A DNA stretch of 64,000 bases, taken from NCBI GenBank assembly GCA_003130875.1, contig QEXY01000163.1, forward strand, positions 2,136-66,135. The letters are read 5' to 3'. Position numbers and translations under genes: made by a program. The notes beneath the pieces are model-generated. The model searched no databases. It was not told the origin of the DNA and saw only the letters and a list, made by a program, of their open reading frames with translations. This stretch comes from Ardenticatenia bacterium (GTDB lineage Bacteria; Chloroflexota; Anaerolineae; 4572-78; NAK82). This document shows, piece after piece, positions 1 to 10,622 of this stretch; within the stretch, counting starts at the first letter, position 1, and every line of letters starts with the position of its first letter.

Positions 1-3000
1 GTATTCTGCGTGGCGCTCGATCATTCGGCGCACTTGTTCGACTTCCTCGGCGTTCTCCAGCCTCTCCAACCAGACCATAGATTGGTTACAGCGACGTGGA
101 AAGTCGCCGGTCTCGTCAAGCACATAGGCGATGCCACCCGACATGCCCGCGGCAAAATTGCGCCCTGTCTTACCCAATACCACCACCCGCCCACCGGTCA
201 TATATTCACAGCCATGATCGCCCACACCTTCTACGACAGCGTGCGCACCGCTATTTCGGACGCAGAAACGCTCGCCGGCGAGACCGCAAATATACGCTTC
301 ACCGCTGGTGGCCCCATATAGGGCGACATTGCCAATGATAATGTTCTCATCAGCAGCCAATTTGCTTGCGGCGGGCGGATACACGATGATCTTACCACCT
401 GAGAGCCCTTTGCCTAGATAGTCGTTGGCATCTCCCTCTAAGTAGAGAGTCAGGCCACGTGGGATGAAAGCGCCGAAGCTCTGACCTGCCGAGCCTTCGA
501 AGTATAGCCGGATGGTGTCGTCTGGCAGGCCAGCGCCGCCGTAACGCCGTGTTATTCGACTGCCCAGCATCGTTCCCACAGCGCGGTCCACATTACGCAC
601 CGGCAACGTTGCTACAACCGGAATGCCATGTTCCAGCGCTGGCCGGCAGAGCTCGAGCAACACGCGATAGTCGAGCGTCTTCTCCAATCCGTGATCCTGT
701 TGTCTGCGACAATAGCGCCCCACCGTCGCCGGGACATCGGGCATTTTGAGAATCGCGGATAGGTCCAGGTATTGGGCCTTCCAATGTTGGATATTCTCGC
801 GCATTTTCAATCGATCAGCGCGTCCTACCATTTCCTCAAGAGTGCGGAAGCCCAGCTGCGCCATGAGCTCGCGCACTTCCTGTGCCACAAAGCGCATGAA
901 GTTCACTACATGCTCCGGTTTGCCGGCGAACTTGCGCCGCAAATCCGGGTTCTGCGTGGCGATGCCGACCGGACAGGTGTCCAGATGACATGCGCGCATC
1001 ATCACGCAGCCTAACGCCACCAGCGGAGCGGTGGCGAAGCCGAATTCCTCTGCGCCCAGCAACGCTGCGATGACCACATCACGTCCGGTTTTCAGCTGCC
1101 CATCGACCTCGACCGCAATGCGGTCGCGCAGTCCGTTCAGAAGCAATGTTTGATGCGTCTCAGCCAAGCCCAATTCCCATGGCAGGCCAGCATGCCTGAT
1201 GCTGGAACGCGGAGATGCACCGGTGCCGCCATCATAGCCGCTGATGAGTACGACATCAGCCCGTGCCTTGGCCACTCCGGCAGCGATTGTGCCCACTCCG
1301 ACCTCTGAGACCAGCTTCACGCTGATGCGTGCCTCTGGGTTGGCACACTTCAGGTCATGAATCAGTTCGGCGAGGTCTTCTATGGAATAGATGTCATGAT
1401 GAGGTGGCGGTGAGATGAGACCAACCCCAGGCGTGGCGTGGCGCACTGCAGCGATCCACGGATATACCTTGTGACCCGGCAGTTGTCCTCCTTCGCCCGG
1501 CTTGGCTCCTTGGGCCATTTTGATCTGCAATTCTTGTGCATTAACCAGGTATTCGCTGGTCACACCGAAGCGGGCTGAAGCCACCTGCTTGATAGCGCTG
1601 TTGCGCGAGTCCCCGTTGGGATCCGGTTTATAACGCGCCGGGTCCTCGCCCCCCTCACCTGTGTTGCTCTTACCTCCGATGCGATTCATCGCGATCGCCA
1701 GTGCCTCGTGGGCCTCTTTGCTGATCGAGCCATAGGACATCGCGCCGGTCTTGAAGCGTTTACACAGCGACTCCGCCGATTCAACTTCCTCAAGTGGCAC
1801 CGGCTCATCGGCGAATTTGAAGTCAAGCAATCCACGCAATGTCGCCAGGCGCTGTGTTTGATCGTTGATCCGCTGCGCATACTCTTTGTAGACCGCATAG
1901 TCACCGGTACGACACGCCAACTGGAGCTTGTAAATCGTCTCGGGATTCCAAAGGTGGTGTTCACCGTCATAGCGCCACTGGTAGTCACCTCCCACCTCTA
2001 GGGTAAGGTGTTCGGTGGCGTGCTCTCCAACTCCAAAGGCGCAGTGGTGCCGTAACACCGCTTCCTGCGCGATCACGTCGATGCCAATCCCCCCGATGCG
2101 CGAAGGCGTCCAGGTGAAGTAGCGCTCGATGACACTTTGATGGAGTCCCACGGCTTCGAAGATCTGGGCGCCGAAGTAGCTCTGCAAGGTGGAGATGCCC
2201 ATCTTAGAGGCCACTTTGACCACGCCCTTGACCAGCGCTTTGACCACATTCTTCTCCGCCTGTTCATAATCAATACCAGAAAGCAGGCCTTCCCGGATCA
2301 TATCGGCCACTGTGTCGTAGAGCAGGTAAGGATTAATGGCCGAAGCACCGTAACCGATCAGGGTGGCGAAATGGTGCACCTCACGCGGCTCACCAGATTC
2401 GAGCACTAGGCTGACGCGCGTGCGCGTGCCGTGGCGTATTAAGTGGTGGTGCAATCCTGACACCGCCAGCAATGCCGGAATAGCTGCCTTGTCAGGTCCT
2501 ACCTCGCGGTCCGATAGGATAAGGATATTGACACCTTCCTCGATCGCCTGGTCGGCCTGCCGATATATCTCCTCCATTGCCACTTCTAACGCTCTGCCGC
2601 CTCCTGCCGGGTTGAACAAGATGGCAAGCGTGCGGGACTTAAAACCCGGCCAGCGGACGTATCGCAGGCGTGCCAGCTCAGCATTGGTCAGGATGGGCGA
2701 AGAGAGTTTGATCTGGCGGCAGCTCTCCGGACCGGGCTCAAGCAAATTGCCTTCGCTACCGATCATCAGCTCGGTGGAAGTGACCAGCTCCTCTCGGATC
2801 GCATCAATGGGCGGGTTGGTCACCTGAGCGAAGAGTTGCTTGAAATAGTTATAGAGCAATTGTGGTCGGTCTGAGAGCACGGCCAAGGGCGCATCGTTTC
2901 CCATCGAGCCCAAGGGCTCGACGCCCTGTTCCGCCATCGGCTCTATCAACAAACGCACGTCTTCGTAGGTATAGCCAAATGCGCGCTGCAAGCGCACTAC

Positions 3001-4449
3001 GGTGGCGTGATCTGGCAGAGGAGGCGCGACATCACAGTCTGCCGGCAACCGTTCTAACTCGATCAGATGCTGATCGAGCCACTGACGGTAGGGTTGCGCT
3101 GTGGCGATCTGGTGTTTGATCTCCGCGTCGCTGATGATGCGTTGCTGTTCCGTGTCGATCAGCAACATACGGCCCGGCTCAAGGCGTCCTTTGTAGCGCA
3201 CCCGTTCGGGTGGAATATCGAGCACACCGACCTCAGAGGCCATGATCACCAGATCATCGTCGGTGACATAGTAACGTGCCGGACGTAGCCCGTTGCGATC
3301 GAGCACGGCACCAATCCGGATGCCATCTGTGAAGCCGACGGCCGCCGGTCCATCCCATGGCTCCATAAGCGCGCTGTGAAACTCATAGAAGGCCCGTTTC
3401 TCATCGCTCATGCTTTCGTGGTGTGACCACGGTTCCGGCATCAGCATCATAATCGCGTGTGGGAGCGATCGTCCACTCAGCACCAGAAACTCGAGCACAT
3501 TGTCCAGAATGGCTGAATCGCTACCTTCAGGGTTAATAATGGGCAGAACTTTTTGCAAATCTTCGCCAAAGAGGGAGGACTTGAACATCGCCTGTCCCGC
3601 ATGGAACCAGTTTACATTACCACGCAGCGTGTTGATCTCGCCGTTGTGGATGATTATGCGGTAGGGATGTGCGCGATCCCAACTGGGAAAGGTGTTGGTA
3701 CTGAAACGCGAATGCACCAGTGCCAATGCCGACTCGACGGCGGGATGGGAAAGGTCGGGGTAGAACAGCTCAAGCTGTGCCGCTGTAAACATCCCCTTAT
3801 AGACAATCGTGCGATGCGACATGCTGCTCACATAGAAGAACGAACCGAAAGGGAGCTGGCCGGGGCGGCTGACCAGATCGCGCATGCGCCGTATGCGAAT
3901 TTCGTTTTCAATACGGCGGCGGATGACATAGAGCTTGCGCTCGAAAGCCATATCATCCTCGATGCGGGGGTCGCGGCCGATGAAGATCTGGCGCACAAAC
4001 GGCTTAAAAGCACGCGCGGTTTCGCCCAGACAGGTGGCGTCGGTGGGCACCGTGCGCCACCCAAGCACCCGTTGGCCTTCCTCTTGTACGATTTGCTCTA
4101 GACACTGCTCACAAATGCGCTCACTGCGTGCCTTGTCCGTGGGGGACAGGAAGAGCATTCCCACACCATACTGGCCGGGCGGAGGTAAGTCGATTCCGAC
4201 CTCCCAACAGGCTTTCTTGAAAAAGGCATGGGGGATTTGCAGCATGATCCCTGCGCCATCACCGGTGTTGGGATCGGCCCCGGTGGCTCCACGGTGTGCC
4301 AGGTTCCGCAACACGGCGAGCGCCTGGCGCACTATGGTATTGGACTTCTCTCCCTTGATGTTGACGACAAACCCTATCCCACATGCCGCATGTTCGAAAC
4401 GCGGCATGTTGAGCAGATTATGCCATAACCGTTCACCTGATATTCCCAT
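1..4449 (-). CDS. gltB: Glutamate synthase large subunit (3' end runs off the left edge; absent from the ORF track because it has no stop in the window)
   Basis: Manual translation from ATG at 4449 (GAGAGGG upstream) gives [33 protein letters not shown]...[22 protein letters not shown]. At the left edge the same frame reads [20 protein letters not shown], typical of the GltB C-terminal region. Confidence 0.95.
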   Translation of the reverse strand, partial: MGISGERLWHNLLNMPRFEHAACGIGFVVNIKGEKSNTIVRQALAVLRNLAHRGATGADPNTGDGAGIMLQIPHAFFKKACWEVGIDLPPPGQYGVGMLFLSPTDKARSERICEQCLEQIVQEEGQRVLGWRTVPTDATCLGETARAFKPFVRQIFIGRDPRIEDDMAFERKLYVIRRRIENEIRIRRMRDLVSRPGQLPFGSFFYVSSMSHRTIVYKGMFTAAQLELFYPDLSHPAVESALALVHSRFSTNTFPSWDRAHPYRIIIHNGEINTLRGNVNWFHAGQAMFKSSLFGEDLQKVLPIINPEGSDSAILDNVLEFLVLSGRSLPHAIMMLMPEPWSHHESMSDEKRAFYEFHSALMEPWDGPAAVGFTDGIRIGAVLDRNGLRPARYYVTDDDLVIMASEVGVLDIPPERVRYKGRLEPGRMLLIDTEQQRIISDAEIKHQIATAQPYRQWLDQHLIELERLPADCDVAPPLPDHATVVRLQRAFGYTYEDVRLLIEPMAEQGVEPLGSMGNDAPLAVLSDRPQLLYNYFKQLFAQVTNPPIDAIREELVTSTELMIGSEGNLLEPGPESCRQIKLSSPILTNAELARLRYVRWPGFKSRTLAILFNPAGGGRALEVAMEEIYRQADQAIEEGVNILILSDREVGPDKAAIPALLAVSGLHHHLIRHGTRTRVSLVLESGEPREVHHFATLIGYGASAINPYLLYDTVADMIREGLLSGIDYEQAEKNVVKALVKGVVKVASKMGISTLQSYFGAQIFEAVGLHQSVIERYFTWTPSRIGGIGIDVIAQEAVLRHHCAFGVGEHATEHLTLEVGGDYQWRYDGEHHLWNPETIYKLQLACRTGDYAVYKEYAQRINDQTQRLATLRGLLDFKFADEPVPLEEVESAESLCKRFKTGAMSYGSISKEAHEALAIAMNRIGGKSNTGEGGEDPARYKPDPNGDSRNSAIKQVASARFGVTSEYLVNAQELQIKMAQGAKPGEGGQLPGHKVYPWIAAVRHATPGVGLISPPPHHDIYSIEDLAELIHDLKCANPEARISVKLVSEVGVGTIAAGVAKARADVVLISGYDGGTGASPRSSIRHAGLPWELGLAETHQTLLLNGLRDRIAVEVDGQLKTGRDVVIAALLGAEEFGFATAPLVALGCVMMRACHLDTCPVGIATQNPDLRRKFAGKPEHVVNFMRFVAQEVRELMAQLGFRTLEEMVGRADRLKMRENIQHWKAQYLDLSAILKMPDVPATVGRYCRRQQDHGLEKTLDYRVLLELCRPALEHGIPVVATLPVRNVDRAVGTMLGSRITRRYGGAGLPDDTIRLYFEGSAGQSFGAFIPRGLTLYLEGDANDYLGKGLSGGKIIVYPPAASKLAADENIIIGNVALYGATSGEAYICGLAGERFCVRNSGAHAVVEGVGDHGCEYMTGGRVVVLGKTGRNFAAGMSGGIAYVLDETGDFPRRCNQSMVWLERLENAEEVEQVRRMIERHAEY

Positions 4450-4543
4450 ACAACCCTCTCAACATCCACTACTCTATATCCCACCCTTTTGCTCAGATAA
4501 GCGGCCATCTCGGGAGAGTGAGAGCGCAACTCATCACGAAGTG

Positions 4544-6184
4544 TTACATGTCCAAAATAGCGCGCGCGGCCTCACCTTGCACATCGGTCATAAAGGGGAT
4601 ACCTGTCTCCCGCTCGGTCTCGCGGTTGGCTGAGAAGATATCCTGGCGTGAGATCTCTGAGACGGAGAATTTCCTGACCCCTGCCAGAAGCTGCTGTAAG
4701 CCGGCTGCCAGCTTGTCCGCCAGCGTCCAGAGAGCGATGGCGCCATAAGGGATGTTCTTCATCTCCTCAGCACCCACCTTGGCGCGTACGTCATGATAGC
4801 CAGCGAAGATTTCCTCCGGTTGCATCCCAAATTCCACCATATTGGGTGGTAGTGCGTCCCAGTTGCCATGGACTCGCTCCCGGGCATCGGGATTGAGCGC
4901 CCCTTCGATGTTGGAGCCCAGGAAGGCGGGGATCATCAGCGCACGTCCCATACAGACCAGTTTCACATAAGGCGCCCCCAGGGCGAGCGCCTTGAAAATA
5001 TGGTCCTCGCGCGCCAGGCCACCCGCGAAAGCGAGGTCCACCACGCGGTACCCTTTGCTTGCCAGAATGACTGCGTATTCATATGCCTTGGCGTGCAGGA
5101 AGATCGATGGTATTCCCCAGTGTTCCATCATGTTCCAGGGGCTCATGCCGGTGCCACCGCCTGATCCATCTATGGTAAGCAGGTCCAGCTGGGCTTCCGT
5201 GGCAAACTTCAACGCCATGGCGAGGGCTTCCATGCCATATGAACCGGTTTTGAGGGTGATGCGCCGATATCCTAGCCGGCGCAAGTAGGCGATCTGCTCC
5301 ATAAAGGCATCGCGTACTGCCTGGGCATTGCTCAGCTCGGTATAGCCCAAGCGACTGTGACGGGCGAAGGAACGGATAGCGCCATGTCGGAACGCCTCCT
5401 GTACTTCCGGTTTATCCGGATCCGGGTCGATCAGGTACCCACGTTGCTTGAGAAAGCGCGCATACTCGATGTTTGTGACCTGAATTTCGCCGCCTATATC
5501 TTTAGCACCCTGTCCCCATTTCAGTTCAATGACAGCGTGCTCGCCATAACGTTCGATCACATACTCTGCCACTCCATTGCGCGTGTCTTCGACGTTCATC
5601 TGCACAAGGATGGCACCGTAACCGTCAAAGTAGCGCAGATAGGTCTGCACGCGCCGGTCTAGCTCAGGCGAGCGCACCACACGGCCATTCTTGATCTCGG
5701 CTTGCTGGTCAACCCCTACCACATTTTCTCCGACCACAATCGGAATGCCCACCAATGCGGCGCCAATAGCCAGTGGATCCCAGTACTTCGCTGCAACAAA
5801 CGTGGAACCTAACGCTCCGGTCATCAGGGGAATGCGACACTTTGTCTTGATCTGTTGCCCGAACTCTGTTTCAAGGCGCACGTTGGGGAAAATACAGTCT
5901 TCCGGCGCGTTGGACAGTCCAGGCGGCAATCCCGCCGCACCATAGTTATAGCCCTGGATGCGCAACGCATTGTAGTTGACCCCTATGTGGGTGAGATTAC
6001 GGCTGCCTGCTGTAACGTGCCCGAAGCTACGAGGATAAAGCAGGTTGCGGCCGCGCAGGCTTGCCAACCACGTTTCACATCGCCCTTTGCAGTCCGAACG
6101 GCACAACGTACACAGACCGGACTCCGTAGCATCACCGCGGTTGGTAGTTCCCAATACGTCGTTGGACTTTGGCCATTGGATCAT
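4544..6184 (-). CDS. FMN-binding glutamate synthase family protein (stand-alone synthase-like domain, no amidotransferase domain)
   Basis: 546 aa with ELKWGQGAKDIGGE, LLTIDGSGGGTGMSP and FAGGLAREDHIFKALALGA motifs of the GltS FMN barrel. N-terminal CTLCRSDCKGRC. Confidence 0.85.
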   Translation of the reverse strand: MIQWPKSNDVLGTTNRGDATESGLCTLCRSDCKGRCETWLASLRGRNLLYPRSFGHVTAGSRNLTHIGVNYNALRIQGYNYGAAGLPPGLSNAPEDCIFPNVRLETEFGQQIKTKCRIPLMTGALGSTFVAAKYWDPLAIGAALVGIPIVVGENVVGVDQQAEIKNGRVVRSPELDRRVQTYLRYFDGYGAILVQMNVEDTRNGVAEYVIERYGEHAVIELKWGQGAKDIGGEIQVTNIEYARFLKQRGYLIDPDPDKPEVQEAFRHGAIRSFARHSRLGYTELSNAQAVRDAFMEQIAYLRRLGYRRITLKTGSYGMEALAMALKFATEAQLDLLTIDGSGGGTGMSPWNMMEHWGIPSIFLHAKAYEYAVILASKGYRVVDLAFAGGLAREDHIFKALALGAPYVKLVCMGRALMIPAFLGSNIEGALNPDARERVHGNWDALPPNMVEFGMQPEEIFAGYHDVRAKVGAEEMKNIPYGAIALWTLADKLAAGLQQLLAGVRKFSVSEISRQDIFSANRETERETGIPFMTDVQGEAARAILDM

Positions 6185-6511
6185 TGTGGGTACTCCCTCT
6201 GCTGCTCAGTTAGAATGCTTTTGATCATAGTCAACCTGGTATCATTCGCGAGACTCAGACCGTAATACGCTCAGGACGGTGAGAACGCGCTACGGGCATT
6301 TTGCGATCTACCCTCTACCCTTCCTCAACTAATACGAAAATAGGTTGAGCGCGCACTTTGTGGTGCGTCGTGCTCTGAAAGCCGATTGACGGAGAAACCT
6401 GTTCACTTTAAAGAGGTTGCTCGTCTTTGAGAAGATCTCTGCGGAGAGATGGCCTGCCGTGTGAACGGGATATGATGTCTACGCCTGCCACCGCGCATTG
6501 CGTTGCGCGCT

Positions 6512-6540
6512 AATATACTGGGAAGCACAAGCGAAGTCAA
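6512..6540 (-). promoter_or_regulatory. sigma70-type promoter for the glutamate synthase genes
   Basis: Minus strand TTGACT-N17-TATATT, about 320 nt upstream of the 6184 start. Confidence 0.55.
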
Positions 6541-6640
6541 ATCTATGTAAAACTACAATCCAGATACCTCGCAGGAAGCCTGACCTCTTTCGATCCATGC
6601 CCGCTGTTGCGTGCACACGCATAGGGTTACCGGGTGGTGT

Positions 6641-9600
6641 CTAACCTAATAGCTGGCGCGTCAGCTCCTGAACGTTGGCGGTGTGGTACAACAAGTCCTG
6701 ATGCAGCTGTGCAAGATCGTTCGCGTAACCCAATCGACGGGCCAGGAAAGCGAACTCTTCACTATCGGCCGGAGGCACGGTCAGGTCACGGGCGTTCCCG
6801 CGCACCACGCGCAACGCGTTGATAAGCCGTCGCAGAAAGATGAGCGCTTCGCGTAAGCGTGTATATTGCTCAGTAGAGAGGATGCCTGCCTCTGCCAGTG
6901 CCGTGAGGGCACGGCCGGTGTTCGTTTCGCGTAGAGCGGGATTATGGGCTCCATGGCTGATTTGCAGCGCCTGTACCAGATATTCCAGATCGACCAATCC
7001 ACCTGGACTGAATTTCGCATTCAGCGTACCGCCGGCCACCAAATGCCGTATTTGCCGTTCGCGCATCGCGCGCATCGCTGGCACGTCGAACGGCTCACCC
7101 TGGTACACATATGCATCGCGCAACGCCAGGATCTCTTGGGCCAGGGCAGCGTCACCGAAGAGCGGGCGCAACTTCACCAGCGCCTGTCGTTCATAGGCCC
7201 ATGCCTCGCCATCTGGTGCGAAATAGCGTCGAAACGCTTCCAAAGGCACCGCCATGCTCCCATGCTTACCATATGGCCGCAGCTGCAAATCTATGTGGAA
7301 CGTGCCCTCACGACGCGCCCGGATCGTAGTGACGAACAACTGCACTAGGCGTTCGTAGTACTCTGCCGTGCTGATGGATTGTGGTCCAGATGTCTGACCG
7401 CTGCCTTGGAATATAAACATCAGTTCAATATCCGAAGCAAAGCCCAATTCCCGTCCTCCGAGCTTGCCCAGAGCACATACGCATAACCGAGCTGGCTGTC
7501 CGTCCACGCAAAGCGGCACACCGAAACGGGTTCGCAGCTCATCTTCACACAGTCGGACGGCGGCTTCGACCACCACCTCGGCCAGATCGCTCAGCTCCGA
7601 AGAAAACTGCCCGAACTCGGTGATATGCCCCAAAATGTGGCGCATATCCACGCGAAACATCTCACGATCTTTGAAAGCGTTGAGTACGTCACGGCGCGCG
7701 GCATAATCCGGAGCGGCCTCGAGCTCGCGGCGAAGCGTCTCACACAGTTGCTCGCGCGAACGCGCCATTGCCAGGGCATCCACATTGCGCACCACCGGGA
7801 ACAGGTTGGCATGCTGCATCCGCAGGAAATCATCCCACAGAAACTCGCTCACGCCCAGCAGCCGCGCCAACGCCTCCAACACGTCGTGGCGTTCCAGCGA
7901 AGCCAGTTCGTCCGGCCAATCAGGTCGCGTGAACAGCTGAGCAAGGAACTCGCGAAAGTGGAGCAGAGCAGTCTCTGGATCAGGCGAACGTGGCAGCAGA
8001 TGCGTGAAATGTTTGATCAGCACGGTGGCCGCGCGTAGCTCGCGCTGCTTCTCGGACGAGGTGATTTTCTGCCCATGTTCGTCGGTCACATACAATACGT
8101 CACGCACACGGTTGCCGACCGACGAGACGACCACTCGGGCGATGTAAATGCGATTGAGCGCCAATGCGTTGGAGAACTCGTAGAGGAATCCCGGTGTGTC
8201 GGATGTCTCAATGGTGAGGACGGTATAGCGTGATGAGCGCGTGTTGTCAATTTCGATGTCCACCGGGTATAACGTTGGAACGGTTGTGTCTGTGTCGCGC
8301 ATCACCGCCGCGACGCGCTTCGCCAGCTCACCCCGTGCTTTGCGACGTTCGCCCGACTGCATCATGCGCAACAAAGCAGCTAGATCATCCCGGTAGCTGT
8401 GCCATAACTCGGGTCCGCCGTCTTCGCGCACCGGCTCCACGGTGAACACGTCTACTATCTTTCTAGGACCATCCAAGCGCTGTTCGAACAGAGGTGCCTT
8501 CTCTGTCCGATGCTCATCCGGCAGGGGCTCGTAGGTGAAGACATATCCATCCAGAATGCTGAAACCGTAGACAAAGAGGAGACCGCAGATAAGCGATAGC
8601 TCACCGGGATAGTCATATGCCACTATCGTGACACGCCAACGTCCCTGTTCCAAGGGCTGTGCGTCGATCTCGACCAGGTTTTCGTCGCTCAGCATCTCTG
8701 CCAAAGCCACGTGACGGGCGATCTCTGCTCGACTGAAGATGCTCGTATAGGAGGCGTCCATACGCGCCACGTGACGGTCTACATCATCTGCCGACCCAGC
8801 CGTACAAGATGGTTGTAATGCGGTCATATGTTCCCCTTCCAAGAAACGCTGATAAACACGACGGATGGCAGCACTGTGTTGCTCATAGCGCAGCAACAGC
8901 TGCCCATCCGCCCGTTCTCCGGTGAAGCCCAATCGCCTGGCGAGATACTGCAGCGCTTTCATATCCCGAGGTAATGTGGAAGTCTGACGGTACTCCATAA
9001 TCTGGAGATAGTGTTCGATCGTGCGCAGAAAGGTGTATCCCTCCAGGAGCATGCAATGATCTTCGTGGGACAACAGCTCTGCTGTCGCGAGACGGTGCAA
9101 TGCTTCCAGAGTGTTGGGGCAATACAGGTGAGGTTGCTTCGGACCGTGGATCAACTGGAGATATTGGGTCACGAACTCGACGTCCCGGATCGAACCCACC
9201 CCTAGCTTAACCTCGCCCCATTCCCGGTCTCGGGAGCGCAGAAAGGCTTCAGTGCGTCGCTTCATCGTATGGATGTCCATGCACGGGTCGCATGAGCTCC
9301 CGAGCTCGAGCAAGATCTTCTCGGCTTGGCACAGAAACTTTGTGCCGACCTCTTGGTCGCCTGCCACAAAGCGGGCTTTGAGCAGCGCTTGTTTCTCCCA
9401 GACGTGTGCATATTGCTGCATATACTCTTCATATCCACGCAGCGAGGGAACCAACAGACCACTCCGACCCCATGGGCGCAGGCGCATATCCACGCGATAG
9501 AGAAATCCATCTGCAGTCACACGCGAAAGGATGCCGATCAGGCACTCGCCCAGCCGCTGGTAGGAAAAAGGATCCCCCTCGGTCACAAAGAGCAGATCGA

Positions 9601-10276
9601 TGTCCGAGCTGTAGTTGAGCTCTTCCCCGCCCAACTTGCCCAGACCGATCACCGCAAAACCCTCTGGCGATGTACCGGTTTGCTCTGCCGCTAGCTCCAG
9701 GCTGATACGAATCAGGGCATCGGCGAGGTGAGACAGCTGACTCGTGACTGAGGGCAGATCCAGGAGGGCGAACATATCACTGGCACCGATGCGCAGCAGC
9801 TCGCGTCGTTGATACCGGCGCAGCGCATTCCATTTGGCTTCGATGGTAGGTTGCGCGCTGAGCAGGACACGCACTTCGTGATCCATTTGCCCGCGGTCCT
9901 TGGGGCGCGCCAGGTAACGGCGCTCCATAAGCTGCCAGAAATACTCCGGATGGTGCAGTAGAATCTCGGTGAGGAACTGGCTGCCTGCGAACAGGGTGGT
10001 CAGCATTTCCATCGGACGAGGTGAAGCGGCCAGAGCTTTCCAAAGCGCCCGCCGCTCAGTCGCCGATGCGATGAAACGCTCTAGATTGACCAACACCCGG
10101 TCCGGATCCGCGGAAAAAGGAAGGGCATTGCTCAGGTGTGAGAATGCATGCCACGCCACTTCATGGTCGTGACACATCAGTAGAGTGCGTTCCAAGGCAC
10201 GACACGCAGCTTGAGGGTTGGCAAATGCCGTTGTGCTGAAAACTTGGTGGAACATCTCATCAGTTCGAGAACGCAT
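6641..10276 (-). CDS. glnE: Glutamine synthetase adenylyltransferase/removase with two internal ACT domains
   Basis: 1211 aa with two nucleotidyltransferase motifs (GLGKLGGEELNYSSDIDLLF; ALGKLGGRELGFASDIELMF) and YRVDMRLRPWG / FHIDLQLRPYG. ACT-like segments lie between them. Confidence 0.9.
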   Translation of the reverse strand: MRSRTDEMFHQVFSTTAFANPQAACRALERTLLMCHDHEVAWHAFSHLSNALPFSADPDRVLVNLERFIASATERRALWKALAASPRPMEMLTTLFAGSQFLTEILLHHPEYFWQLMERRYLARPKDRGQMDHEVRVLLSAQPTIEAKWNALRRYQRRELLRIGASDMFALLDLPSVTSQLSHLADALIRISLELAAEQTGTSPEGFAVIGLGKLGGEELNYSSDIDLLFVTEGDPFSYQRLGECLIGILSRVTADGFLYRVDMRLRPWGRSGLLVPSLRGYEEYMQQYAHVWEKQALLKARFVAGDQEVGTKFLCQAEKILLELGSSCDPCMDIHTMKRRTEAFLRSRDREWGEVKLGVGSIRDVEFVTQYLQLIHGPKQPHLYCPNTLEALHRLATAELLSHEDHCMLLEGYTFLRTIEHYLQIMEYRQTSTLPRDMKALQYLARRLGFTGERADGQLLLRYEQHSAAIRRVYQRFLEGEHMTALQPSCTAGSADDVDRHVARMDASYTSIFSRAEIARHVALAEMLSDENLVEIDAQPLEQGRWRVTIVAYDYPGELSLICGLLFVYGFSILDGYVFTYEPLPDEHRTEKAPLFEQRLDGPRKIVDVFTVEPVREDGGPELWHSYRDDLAALLRMMQSGERRKARGELAKRVAAVMRDTDTTVPTLYPVDIEIDNTRSSRYTVLTIETSDTPGFLYEFSNALALNRIYIARVVVSSVGNRVRDVLYVTDEHGQKITSSEKQRELRAATVLIKHFTHLLPRSPDPETALLHFREFLAQLFTRPDWPDELASLERHDVLEALARLLGVSEFLWDDFLRMQHANLFPVVRNVDALAMARSREQLCETLRRELEAAPDYAARRDVLNAFKDREMFRVDMRHILGHITEFGQFSSELSDLAEVVVEAAVRLCEDELRTRFGVPLCVDGQPARLCVCALGKLGGRELGFASDIELMFIFQGSGQTSGPQSISTAEYYERLVQLFVTTIRARREGTFHIDLQLRPYGKHGSMAVPLEAFRRYFAPDGEAWAYERQALVKLRPLFGDAALAQEILALRDAYVYQGEPFDVPAMRAMRERQIRHLVAGGTLNAKFSPGGLVDLEYLVQALQISHGAHNPALRETNTGRALTALAEAGILSTEQYTRLREALIFLRRLINALRVVRGNARDLTVPPADSEEFAFLARRLGYANDLAQLHQDLLYHTANVQELTRQLLG

Positions 10277-10328
10277 GGGAGCGCTCTATTCCCAGATCGC
10301 GTAGCCGAGTTGCTTTCTTTACGAAGAA

Positions 10329-10357
10329 AGGATAATTCAACAGGCATTATGAGTCAA
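10329..10357 (-). promoter_or_regulatory. sigma70-type promoter for glnE; -35 overlaps the 12-bp palindrome TCAATGCATTGA (10354-10365)
   Basis: Minus strand TTGACT-N17-TATCCT. Confidence 0.5.
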
Positions 10358-10440
10358 TGCATTGATGCACACCGCTTTGGATCTCAGAAAAGCCTGCAGC
10401 GAGCTGGAACAGGAGAGGATCACTTTTTCACCCCCATTTT

Positions 10441-10469
10441 TTGACATTCTGGCTGAATGGGACTAGACT
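10441..10469 (+). promoter_or_regulatory. sigma70-type promoter for hppA
   Basis: TTGACA-N17-TAGACT. Confidence 0.7.
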
Positions 10470-10530
10470 ATTAGTTTGGTGTGCGTACCCACACAGAGGA
10501 GCGCAGCACCTTCAACGGAATGAAGCGACG

Positions 10531-10570
10531 GCTCCTGCTCTCTATGTCTCAAAGACAGGAGCTTTTTTAT
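10531..10570 (+). terminator. Intrinsic terminator inside the hppA 5' leader (attenuator or riboswitch expression platform candidate)
   Basis: GCTCCTG...CAGGAGC stem (inner TGTCT/AGACA) followed by TTTTTT, located between the promoter and the RBS AAGGAGG. Confidence 0.6.
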
Positions 10571-10622
10571 GTGCCGTTATGCAGAAATCATAACACCTGG
10601 ATTAAGGAGGTTATAAAGCTCC

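Noticed and set aside
10-4428. Many short + and - strand ORFs in the track over 1-4.4 kb
   Set aside because: They are shadows of the single minus-strand gltB frame, which the track missed because it has no stop within the window.
6345-6370. NtrC-like box CGCAC-N6-GTGCG in the glutamate synthase leader
   Set aside because: Spacing and sequence deviate from the consensus, there is no sigma54 -24/-12 element nearby, and it lies downstream of the predicted promoter.
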